Positions 45,305-53,897 of a DNA stretch of 64,000 nucleotides are shown here, in pieces. The first letter of the stretch is position 1. Every line of letters begins with the position of its first letter. A model generated the notes under the pieces. The model worked only from the letters and a program-made list of their open reading frames with translations. It made no database searches and had not been told where the DNA came from. The DNA comes from Opitutus sp. GAS368 (GTDB taxonomy: Bacteria; Verrucomicrobiota; Verrucomicrobiia; Opitutales; Opitutaceae), in contig CAMBRG010000005.1 in assembly GCA_945869845.1 (NCBI GenBank), positions 522 through 64,521 on the forward strand, given 5' to 3'. Made by a program: the position numbers and the translations under genes.

Positions 45305-47563
45305 TCAGTACTTCAAAGTGGCTCCGAAGTAAACCGTACGGGGGGCGTCCACCGTGTTCGAACCAGGGGCGATGGTGGACTGCGGGAAGATCACGTTGGT
45401 GAGATTTTCGCAGGTGAGGGCGAAATCCCAGTTGTTGCGTCGGTAGTTGAGCCCCACGTCCCAGCGGGTAGCTCCGGCCACGCGGTAGGTATTCTCGGCG
45501 ATGCCCCAGACAGAGGTTTGGTAGACCACACCGCCGCGAATGGAAAAGCCCGTGGCCTTGGTGCCGACGAAGTCATACTTGCCGAACGCTTGGATTTTGT
45601 GCTTGGGCATGCCTCGAATTTCGCGCGGAGCTATACCGCCTTCCTTGAAGCCGGGTGCCACGGTTTCGGTGAAAGCATAGCCACCGACTATTGCGAAATT
45701 TCGAGTTAAGCTACCGCTAAATTCCACCTCCAAACCCTTAGCGGTGTTCCCACTTTCGATGATGTTTATGGAGCCGCCGGGCACGGTGATGATGTCGTTG
45801 CTCGTGTTAGCGCGAACGTTGTCGACTTGGACGATTTCGAAGTGGGCGACGTTGATGGCGAAGGCGCCGTCCAGCAGGCTGATCTTCGCACCGAACTCGT
45901 TATTGGTGGTTAATGGAGTGGCGGTCTTCAGGATCTGACGTGGATCGGTCAGGGGGATTCCGGGAAAGATCGCGACTTGGCGGCTGGCGGCGCCGGCCTC
46001 GCTGTAAACGGCGTAGGCGGAGAGCCACTTCAGTGGTTTGACCGTGAGGCCGTACATTGGGCTTTCGACCCGGGGTGTTTTCCGGACGTTGGTAAAGGCC
46101 CCGGTGAAGTTGTTGCGCGTCCAAGAAGCTTTGCCTTGGTCACGGCGCAGGCCGCCGGTCAGGATGACACGGTCCTGGAAGCCGGAAATCTGGGCGTTGG
46201 CGAAGTAACCGAAGCTGCCGCCCTTGGAGGTGTTGTCGACCGTCTTGATCATGGGCGTGCGCAGCGGTAGGCCGTAGACCGGACTGCTGATAACATATGC
46301 CTCCATCTGACCCGCGGCGGTGGTGCCAACGCTATCCGAGCGGCCGACGTCGTAGCCCACCAATACGGTGGACCCCAGCTTATCGTCGAACCACTTTTTG
46401 GTTCCAACAACGTCGCCCTGGGCGCGCATGATTTGTGCCTCGCCCGTGTTGCGGGTGGCGTTGCGTTCGTAGAAAATTTCGCCGTTGTTATTGTAGGCAA
46501 AAAAATTGGCGACCGTGCCCCGGTAAGCGCTGGTGGTGCTGTCGAAGTAGGAAACCGCCTGCCGGGCGGCGAAGACGTCGTTGAACTGATGGGTGACGGT
46601 GGCGAAGAGCGAGTAGAGTTCGGCCCGATTTCCCATACCCACTTCACCGCTGGTGTTGACCGACATGGGCGCCCATTGACCGAGGCGGAACTTGGGGATG
46701 ACGCCGGCAGGGATAACGACGGCCTGCGAGGTACTGGTTGTGCCGGTCTGGTTGACTGTATTCACCGGGGCGATGTAGGGCGTGCTAAAGCCGCCCGGTG
46801 TCAGTCCGTCGAAGTACTCCATGTCGACCGAGATTTGGGTCTTCTTGGTCACCTGCCAGAGAAAGGACGGGTAGACGGCGGTCTTACGGATCTTCTCGTT
46901 GTCGCGCCAGCTGTCGGACGTCAGGTGGATGGCGTTCAGCCGGTAGGCCATGTTGGTGCCCGCGATCGGCCCCGTGGCGTCGACCGTGCCGCGCAGGAAA
47001 CTGCGTGAGCCCATGGTGGCGGACGCAACAATCGACTCCTTCATCTGCGGCTTCTTGGTGATGAAATTGACGTACCCGCCCGACTCGGACGAACCGGCGA
47101 TTGAGGCTGAGGGTCCCTTGATGATCTCGATGCGGTCGAGATTGATCATATCGGTCTCGAAGCCCGGGACGAGGAAGCCGTTGCGGTACCGGTTCGAGAC
47201 GATGAAGCCACGGATCACGCTGCCGTTTTGGACGTTTTGCCGCTGGGTTACGCCCGGCGTGTAGCGCACCGCCTGCTCGTAAGAATAGGCAGCCATGTCC
47301 TTCAGCAGCGCCTCATTGATGACACTGATGGACTGCGGCACATTTTCCGCCGGGGTGTTCATGCGGGTGGCGGAGGCTAGATTGGATGAACCGTAGGCGC
47401 GGGCCCGGTTCTCCTTAACCGTAAAAACATCCAGGGTGACTGCCTGCTCGGAGTCTCTCGTTCCGGAGGGGGAGGGCGCTTGTTGGGCCAAGGCCGAGGA
47501 ACCGAGCATCAAAAGAGCGGCCGGAAGACCGCGACAGATACGTTGTGTAGGGGCAGTTTTCAT
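45305..47563 (-). CDS. TonB-dependent receptor
   Basis: Signal peptide, plug (NVPQSISVINEALLKD, IEIIKGPSAS), a beta-barrel, and the terminal ...GATLKY. Confidence 0.85.
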   Translation of the reverse strand: MKTAPTQRICRGLPAALLMLGSSALAQQAPSPSGTRDSEQAVTLDVFTVKENRARAYGSSNLASATRMNTPAENVPQSISVINEALLKDMAAYSYEQAVRYTPGVTQRQNVQNGSVIRGFIVSNRYRNGFLVPGFETDMINLDRIEIIKGPSASIAGSSESGGYVNFITKKPQMKESIVASATMGSRSFLRGTVDATGPIAGTNMAYRLNAIHLTSDSWRDNEKIRKTAVYPSFLWQVTKKTQISVDMEYFDGLTPGGFSTPYIAPVNTVNQTGTTSTSQAVVIPAGVIPKFRLGQWAPMSVNTSGEVGMGNRAELYSLFATVTHQFNDVFAARQAVSYFDSTTSAYRGTVANFFAYNNNGEIFYERNATRNTGEAQIMRAQGDVVGTKKWFDDKLGSTVLVGYDVGRSDSVGTTAAGQMEAYVISSPVYGLPLRTPMIKTVDNTSKGGSFGYFANAQISGFQDRVILTGGLRRDQGKASWTRNNFTGAFTNVRKTPRVESPMYGLTVKPLKWLSAYAVYSEAGAASRQVAIFPGIPLTDPRQILKTATPLTTNNEFGAKISLLDGAFAINVAHFEIVQVDNVRANTSNDIITVPGGSINIIESGNTAKGLEVEFSGSLTRNFAIVGGYAFTETVAPGFKEGGIAPREIRGMPKHKIQAFGKYDFVGTKATGFSIRGGVVYQTSVWGIAENTYRVAGATRWDVGLNYRRNNWDFALTCENLTNVIFPQSTIAPGSNTVDAPRTVYFGATLKY

Positions 47564-47651
47564 AAGAAAGTAAGGGAAGAGGGGCTACGCGTGCACTTCC
47601 GCATGATTTTGCGAAAGCCGGAGGTATGACGGCTCGCCGAGGTTTTGTTTT

Positions 47652-47685
47652 TTGTTAACAATTACGTCAAGTGCATTGTTAACAA
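47652..47685. promoter_or_regulatory. candidate GntR-type operator pair upstream of the TonB receptor/PSD1/DUF1501 operon
   Basis: Two identical 10-bp perfect palindromes TTGTTAACAA (47652-47661 and 47676-47685). They fit the GntR/FadR half-site logic of GT-N-AC within TTGT..ACAA. Confidence 0.45.
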
Positions 47686-47717
47686 AAAGCGTAGATAATC
47701 GCCCGGGGGGCGGCCTT

Positions 47718-48506
47718 TCACTGGGTGGGGGAGAGCCGGGAGCGACGAGCTGCAAAGAAATCCTTGAGGCGGACGGGAGCGTCACCGTCCACTAGGCAGC
47801 GTTTGGAGGCATTGGCCTCAATATCGGCATTCTCCATGATGGTGGTCGTGTCGCACGTGGCGAGAATGGCCTTGGTCTCGCGCAGGGCGGTGCGACTGTT
47901 CGCAGCGACCGCGTCGACGAAGGTCTTAACCGCGGGCTCCAGCTGGTCGACCGGCCCACACCAGGTTGTCAGACCCATGGCCTGAGCCTCGACGCCGTCA
48001 AATATCCTTCCGGTGAAGGCCAGCTCTTTGGCGCGGGCTAGGCCAACGCGCCGTGAAAGTCGGTAGCAGCCGCCCCAGCCCGTCACCAAACCAAGCTTGG
48101 CTTCAGATTGGCCGAAGCGGGCGTCTTTAGCGGCAAAAATCAAGTCGCAGGCCATGGCCAGCTCAAGTCCGCCCCCCATCGCGTAGCCCTGGACGATCGC
48201 GAGGACGGGAAGGGGAAGAGCTTCCAGACGGTTCATTAAAACGTGTCCACGGCGGACCCAGGCGCTGATCGTTTGGGCGCTGATCGTCTCCATCACGTTG
48301 AGATTCGCGCCGGCGCAGAAAAACCTAGGAGAGGCGCTGCGGAGAAGCACGGCGGTCATTGAAGCTGAACGGCTTTCGATTTCTGCGAGGGCGGACTCCA
48401 TGGCATCCATAACGCCATGATCAAGGGTGGGCGGCTTTCCCTCGGGAGCTTTAAGCGTGATCGTTGCAACGGATTCGCTGAATGAAAGGGCGAGGGTCGT
48501 CTGCAT
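47718..48506 (-). CDS. enoyl-CoA hydratase/isomerase (crotonase) family protein
   Basis: 262 aa with crotonase motifs FCAGANL and GYAMGGGLELAMACD. Confidence 0.85.
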   Translation of the reverse strand: MQTTLALSFSESVATITLKAPEGKPPTLDHGVMDAMESALAEIESRSASMTAVLLRSASPRFFCAGANLNVMETISAQTISAWVRRGHVLMNRLEALPLPVLAIVQGYAMGGGLELAMACDLIFAAKDARFGQSEAKLGLVTGWGGCYRLSRRVGLARAKELAFTGRIFDGVEAQAMGLTTWCGPVDQLEPAVKTFVDAVAANSRTALRETKAILATCDTTTIMENADIEANASKRCLVDGDAPVRLKDFFAARRSRLSPTQ

Positions 48507-48572
48507 GGGCTTAGGGAGCGCGGGGTAGGCTCAGGTTGCAATCCGTGCGAGCCGAGTGTTTTTGTCAAACAG

Positions 48573-48584
48573 ATTGTTGACAAT
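48573..48584. promoter_or_regulatory. candidate GntR-type operator in the crotonase / CoA-transferase divergent region
   Basis: ATTGTTGACAAT, identical to 50615-50626. The extended 21-mer (A)GATTGTTGACAATAAACAA differs from the other copy at 2 positions. Confidence 0.45.
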
Positions 48585-48611
48585 AAACAACCCGTGGCTG
48601 GTGGATAGTGC

Positions 48612-49847
48612 ATGATGAATCCAAGTTGCTCCGCACTCTCGGGAATCCGTGTGATCGATTTTACGCACGTCTACCAGGGGCCTGTTGGGACCCAGATTCT
48701 GGCCGATTACGGGGCGGATGTGATCAAGGTGGAGCGGCCGGGTGTGGGGGATTGGAGCCGGCGGTGGGGCCCGTTTGTCCACGGGGTGAGCCTGCCCTTT
48801 GCCGGACTCAATCGTAACAAGCGCAGCGTCGCCATCGATGTGAAGAACCCGCTGGGGCGTCAGGCGGTCTATGACTTGGTGGCGAAGGCGGACGTGGTCG
48901 TGCACAATTTCCGTGCGGGCGTGATGGAGAAGCTGGGGTTTGGATACGAAGAGCTGGCCCGGATTAATCCGCGCATCGTCTACGCTTGGTCAGGTGGCTG
49001 GGGCGATCAGGGGCCGTCGGCCGACCGGGCACGTGGGGGCCATGATCTGATGGCGCGAGCTGAGGCAGGTTGGTTCGTGCAGCCCGACCCGTCGAAACCG
49101 CCGATTCCGGCGGGGATATCGGCCGACTACGCGGCAGGACTGATGCTGATGCAGGGCATTCTGATGGCCTTGTTGGCCCGGGTGCGGACAGGAGTGGGGC
49201 AGCGCGTGACCACGGATTTGTTAAGCGTAGCATTCCATGCCCATTCATGGGAGGGGCCGGCAGAGTTGAACGCCGGCCGAATCACGGAGGTATCCGGCGT
49301 GATCGCGAATGAGAGCATCATCGACAAGTCGTTTGCCACCCAAGATGGCTACATTGAGGTTTCGCCAGTGTTCAGTGACAATTCGTTGAAAGACATCTCG
49401 CTGGCGCTCGGTTTGGACGACCTCTCGCAGCGCGAACGCTTTCTCACCCATGGGCTCCAAGCGGAGAACCGGGCCGAATTGAATGTGATGCTCGCCGCGA
49501 GGTTTCGCGAGAAGACGACCGCACAATGGTTGGTGGAATTGGAGGCCAAGGGCGTGCTGTGCGCTCGGATCAATTCCATCGTCGAGGCGGCGGAGGATCC
49601 GCAAATGAAGGCCAACGCGATGGTGGTCGAGATGGAGCACCCGACCGCCGGGGCCTTTCGGCTGCTCGGAACGCCGGTGCGGTTGCACGGCACGCCGCCC
49701 GAGCCGCGTCGCTTCGCGGCCGAACTGGGCGCTCATACCCGCGAGGTGCTGTTGGAGATTGGTTACGCGGCCGGGACGGTGGACGATTTGGAGGCACGCG
49801 GAGCCGTGGCCGGCGCCCGTCCAGCCAAGGCCGCGGCGGTGTCCTAG
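48612..49847 (+). CDS. family III CoA-transferase (CaiB/BaiF-like)
   Basis: N-terminus GIRVIDFTHVYQGPVGTQILADYGADVIKVERP is diagnostic of the family. 411 aa. Confidence 0.9.
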   Translation: MMNPSCSALSGIRVIDFTHVYQGPVGTQILADYGADVIKVERPGVGDWSRRWGPFVHGVSLPFAGLNRNKRSVAIDVKNPLGRQAVYDLVAKADVVVHNFRAGVMEKLGFGYEELARINPRIVYAWSGGWGDQGPSADRARGGHDLMARAEAGWFVQPDPSKPPIPAGISADYAAGLMLMQGILMALLARVRTGVGQRVTTDLLSVAFHAHSWEGPAELNAGRITEVSGVIANESIIDKSFATQDGYIEVSPVFSDNSLKDISLALGLDDLSQRERFLTHGLQAENRAELNVMLAARFREKTTAQWLVELEAKGVLCARINSIVEAAEDPQMKANAMVVEMEHPTAGAFRLLGTPVRLHGTPPEPRRFAAELGAHTREVLLEIGYAAGTVDDLEARGAVAGARPAKAAAVS

Positions 49848-49960
49848 GAAACTAGGCGGGTCGCGGATCAGGCAGGCGAGACCAAGGGTTCGTCGCCGCC
49901 TCGGCGAGGCCATCTATTATCGCTGGGTATTTCGCGCGGTTTCTTGTTGGCCGGGTCGCC

Positions 49961-50560
49961 TCACACAATGTGCAGCTTCAGGGCTTCGAGGGCTTCCCAC
50001 TCGCGTCCGGCGTGCATGGCCCGGACGATACCGGCGTGCTCGTTGTAACTCTCCATCAGATCGCGATGGCGGGAGTAGCGAAGAAACATGCGCAGCATGA
50101 TCGGCTGCCAGAGGTCCACTAGGCTGCCTTGGTCCGCTGTTTCTACCACTAGGCGGTGAAAAGCCATGTCGAGTTCCACCACTTGGCCCAAATCGCTGCC
50201 GCCGCACGCGTCCTTGTATTGGCTCAGGTTGTCGTCGAGGCGCTTCAGTAGCGCGGGATCGCGGGTCGCGAACCAGGCGGTGACCGCGGAGGCCTCGATT
50301 TCACGTCGCAGATGAACGATGACATGCCGTTTGAAGGCGGAGGGTTCGGCCGCGACGCGCACGCCGACGTTCGGTTTCGCGAGAAGCAGGCCCTCCTTGG
50401 TCAGATGAAGCAGCGCGTCGCGTATGGGACCGCGGCTGATTCCGAACTCCACAGCCAGATTTTGCTCGCGCAGCGGTGTGCCCGGAAGGATTTGGCCGGA
50501 GAGAATTCGCCGGCGCAAGTGGGACGCAACCTGCTCTTGGAGATTAGCGGCAAGCTTCAT
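49961..50560 (-). CDS. GntR-family transcriptional regulator (FCD subfamily)
   Basis: Winged HTH (VASHLRRRILSGQILPGTPLREQNLAVEFGISRGPIRDALLHLTKEGLL) plus a helical effector domain. 199 aa. Confidence 0.85.
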   Translation of the reverse strand: MKLAANLQEQVASHLRRRILSGQILPGTPLREQNLAVEFGISRGPIRDALLHLTKEGLLLAKPNVGVRVAAEPSAFKRHVIVHLRREIEASAVTAWFATRDPALLKRLDDNLSQYKDACGGSDLGQVVELDMAFHRLVVETADQGSLVDLWQPIMLRMFLRYSRHRDLMESYNEHAGIVRAMHAGREWEALEALKLHIV

Positions 50561-50614
50561 GAGCGGAGGTGAGTTGGGAATGGGTTAATTGGCAATGTTG
50601 TTTGAGTTGTTGAA

Positions 50615-50626
50615 ATTGTTGACAAT
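50615..50626. promoter_or_regulatory. candidate GntR-type operator between gntR and the TIM-barrel/cytochrome/TBDR/sulfatase operon
   Basis: ATTGTTGACAAT, embedded in a run of TTGTT repeats (50596-50640). It lies 55 bp upstream of the gntR start, in the divergent promoter region. Confidence 0.45.
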
Positions 50627-50722
50627 AGACAATTGTTGGTGAGGATGCGTTTTATTGCCGGTCGCGCTCTCGCTTGGAAGCGCGTCTCGGTTCCCCTGCC
50701 GGTTGTCTCCCCTGAATTCTGT

Positions 50723-51664
50723 ATGGACCCACATTCTACCCTCACTCGACGAGCCTTTGTTGGCGGGACCGCAGTGACAGCGGCCGGTCTGTTGGGCGGA
50801 CGTGTGCTCTGCGCTGCTACATTGCGGCCCTTCAAGCTTCGTTATGCCGTGGCATCGAGCCTCTATGGCGGACTCTCCCTGACGGAGATTCTGCCGGAGG
50901 TCCCCCTCACGGGGGCGAACGTCATCGACCTTTGGCCACGCAAGCACGGCACCCAGCGGGAGGAGGCGGACGAATGGGGTCGGGCCAGGCTGACCGAGGC
51001 TCTGAAGCGTCACGGGGTGTCCTTGGGCTTGACCACGCGGTTCGACCTCGGGCCGTTTGGGCTCGCGGAAGAGCTGAAGTACGTCGCGGCGATGGGGGGG
51101 AGGATGATCGTCACGGGCGGCAAAGGTGCGGTTGGTCTGGCGGGTCCGGAACTCAAGGAGGAGGTCCGACGCTTCGTCGAGAACATGAAGCCAACCTTGG
51201 CGCTGGCCGGAGAGGCAGGGGTGCAGGTCGCGATCGAGAATCACAGTAATAACCTGATAAATACACCTGACTCGCTGCGCTGGATGCTCGAGTTTTCCAC
51301 GGGGCAGCCGATCGGCGTCGCCTTGGCCCCCTATCATCTACCGCAGGATCCGGCGTTGCTGGCAGGGTTGATCCGCGAACTGGGCCCGCGCCTCCTGCTT
51401 TTCTACGCATGGGAGTACGGTCGCGGCTGCATGAAGCCGATGCCGTTGGAGGAGGAACGAATGCAGATGCCCGGACGCGGTCCGCTCGATTACGCACCGC
51501 TGCTACAGGCCTTGCGGGACATTCGTTTCGACGGATTGACTGAGATTTTCATGCATCCGACCCCTCGGGGTCGGCCCATTTTGGAAACTGCGACCCTCGT
51601 CACGGAGGAGATCAACCGCGCGCGACGTCACCTTGAATCGGTCCTTTCTGGTTTGCCTCGTTAG
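50723..51664 (+). CDS. Tat-exported xylose-isomerase-like TIM-barrel protein
   Basis: The ATG at 50723 gives MDPHSTLTRRAFVGGTAVTAAGLLGG, a twin-arginine signal. The body (...VQVAIENHSNN...) fits the sugar phosphate isomerase/epimerase TIM family. Confidence 0.8.
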   Translation: MDPHSTLTRRAFVGGTAVTAAGLLGGRVLCAATLRPFKLRYAVASSLYGGLSLTEILPEVPLTGANVIDLWPRKHGTQREEADEWGRARLTEALKRHGVSLGLTTRFDLGPFGLAEELKYVAAMGGRMIVTGGKGAVGLAGPELKEEVRRFVENMKPTLALAGEAGVQVAIENHSNNLINTPDSLRWMLEFSTGQPIGVALAPYHLPQDPALLAGLIRELGPRLLLFYAWEYGRGCMKPMPLEEERMQMPGRGPLDYAPLLQALRDIRFDGLTEIFMHPTPRGRPILETATLVTEEINRARRHLESVLSGLPR

Positions 51665-51674
51665 AGTCTCCCTC

Positions 51675-53897
51675 ATGCCCGCCTCCCGCTCTCGTCCCTC
51701 GTGTCTGCGCGGACTAATCCTCTTCGGGTCGCTGGCCGCGGCGACGTTTGCAGCCTCGCCGATGATTCAGGTGTTCGAGCGTTTCCATCGATCCGCTTCT
51801 GATCCGGTCGTTGAGGCGGAAGGCGGTTTGCTGCTGATGACCGAACTCAACTGCATGGGTTGTCACCGCCTTTCGACCTCAGGGCAGACGTCCCAGGCAT
51901 TGGCCGGAAAGCCTCGGCTTTCGCTTGCCGAAGTGGGTTCCCGACTGTCGGAAGAAGCAATCGCGGCGTTCGTGCTGGCTCCGGCCGAGGTCAAGCCAGG
52001 TACGGCGATGCCTGCGGTTGCTACTAGCTCTCGCGAGGCGCAGGCGCTGGCCACCTATTTGGCCTCTTTGGGCTCGCCGGTGGAGCCGGTTCCAAAAGGA
52101 TCGATCGATCAGGGGCGTCGAATTTATCACCAAGTAGGCTGTGTGGCGTGCCATGCTCCCGGGGCGGATGCGCCCTTGCCTGCGATTGCTGGCATTGCAC
52201 CCCCGTCGGCCACGGTTCCCTCGGTGCCTCTAGGCTTGGCAGCCCGTTATGATCACGCGGCGCTCGCCCGGTTCTTAATCGATCCGCTCGCCGTGCGCCC
52301 AGACGGTCGCATGCCTTCTAGCGGATTGAGCATCGAGGAAGCGGCGGACGTGGCGGCCTACCTTCAGCGTGATGACAAGGCGGACCGCGCGCCCAAACGG
52401 AGCGTTGGCCAACCCGCCAAAATTGCCGAAGGCCGATCCCTGTTCCTCTCCCGCGGTTGCGTGGCCTGTCATGTTGCGGATGAACCGGCGGCTCTGCTGA
52501 GTCACACGGCGATGCCGGCTGTTGATCTCGCGACCGCGTCCCTCGACCGCGGTTGCCTCGCTGAAAAGCCAGCGGGTCGTGCCCCAGTCTTTTCATTGGA
52601 TGAGGTCCAGCGCAGCGCGCTCCGGCGGGCGATTCACCAAATACGGGGCGATTCAAATTTTCTGGCTGCCACCCCGCATCGCGAAGTCGAGCGTTTCATG
52701 GCTCGGATGAATTGTTACGCCTGTCACGCCCGGGGAGGGCGCGGAGGCGTCGAACCTGCACGGGCGGGCTATTTCGAGGTGACCGATTCGGGCGCCCATT
52801 CGCTGGGTGACATGGGCAACCTGCCCCCGGCCCTCGAGCATACGGGGCGAAAATTAACCCGTGCGTGGTGGGGAAAATTGCTCTGGGGCGAGGGTGGCGG
52901 GGTGCGCCCGTACATGGCAGCCCGCATGCCCCGGTTCGGTCGCGAAGTTACGGAGCCCGTGTTGGCGGCGTGGGAACAGGCGGACCGCCGGGGCGAGCCC
53001 ATCACCATGGACACCTCAGGCCGGCCTTTCCACCAGCGGTCCGTCTTCGGTCGTGCATTGATGGGAACCCAGGACGGCGGTCTCGGTTGCATCACCTGTC
53101 ACGGTGTCCGTGATCGCAAGTCCCTCGGCATGCCCGTGATTCCCCTAGACCGAACGGTTGACCGTTTGAAACCGGAGTACTTCAAGGAACTGCTCCTCAA
53201 TCCCCAGTCGGTTCAACCGGGCACCCTGATGCCCCCGATGTTGATGGGGCGGCCAAAGGCCGAAATTGAAGTCGAGCAACTGTGGACCTACCTCCGGGAG
53301 GTCGATCAGTTCATGCTCCCTGAGGGCCTTTTGCAGAAGGGCGAGTTCGAACTCAAGCCCGAGACGTCGGGAAAACCGATCGTCTTCCGGACGTTTCTCG
53401 ATGGCGCAGGCTTGCAGGCGGTTGCGCTGGGCACGCCGGTGGGACGACATGCAGCGTTCGACGCGGCCGATGTTCGCTGGGCGTTGACCTGGCAGGGACG
53501 GTTCTTGGACGCGATGACCACGTGGGAAGAGCGGGCGGCGACGCCGGCCCGGCCGCTGGGCGAGGCGATCACGGCCCTGCCTGAGTGGCGCGCGCTGGCC
53601 CGGTTGTCATCCGCGGACGCCCCTTGGCCTCTGCTGAACGCGGAGGGCGCTGAGTATCGGTACAAAGGATTCTCGGTGGGTTCGGATGGGATCCCCTCCT
53701 TCCACTATGAGGTAGGCCCCCTGCGGGTCGACGACACCCTGCGTCCGGACGGACGCTCCGGCGGCTATCGACGCACTGTCGCGCTGCGGGGCGGAACGCC
53801 CGGCTGGTACTTCCGCGGCGCCACCGCCGGATCGGTACCGCGCGAGGTGATTTTCAATCCGGCGGGAGAGGCGACCTTGGAGGAGATATTGCCATGA
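51675..53897 (+). CDS. multihaem c-type cytochrome (five CxxCH motifs)
   Basis: Signal peptide MPASRSRPSCLRGLILFGSLAAATFAASP. Haem sites: CMGCH, CVACH (twice), CYACH and CITCH. Confidence 0.75.
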   Translation: MPASRSRPSCLRGLILFGSLAAATFAASPMIQVFERFHRSASDPVVEAEGGLLLMTELNCMGCHRLSTSGQTSQALAGKPRLSLAEVGSRLSEEAIAAFVLAPAEVKPGTAMPAVATSSREAQALATYLASLGSPVEPVPKGSIDQGRRIYHQVGCVACHAPGADAPLPAIAGIAPPSATVPSVPLGLAARYDHAALARFLIDPLAVRPDGRMPSSGLSIEEAADVAAYLQRDDKADRAPKRSVGQPAKIAEGRSLFLSRGCVACHVADEPAALLSHTAMPAVDLATASLDRGCLAEKPAGRAPVFSLDEVQRSALRRAIHQIRGDSNFLAATPHREVERFMARMNCYACHARGGRGGVEPARAGYFEVTDSGAHSLGDMGNLPPALEHTGRKLTRAWWGKLLWGEGGGVRPYMAARMPRFGREVTEPVLAAWEQADRRGEPITMDTSGRPFHQRSVFGRALMGTQDGGLGCITCHGVRDRKSLGMPVIPLDRTVDRLKPEYFKELLLNPQSVQPGTLMPPMLMGRPKAEIEVEQLWTYLREVDQFMLPEGLLQKGEFELKPETSGKPIVFRTFLDGAGLQAVALGTPVGRHAAFDAADVRWALTWQGRFLDAMTTWEERAATPARPLGEAITALPEWRALARLSSADAPWPLLNAEGAEYRYKGFSVGSDGIPSFHYEVGPLRVDDTLRPDGRSGGYRRTVALRGGTPGWYFRGATAGSVPREVIFNPAGEATLEEILP

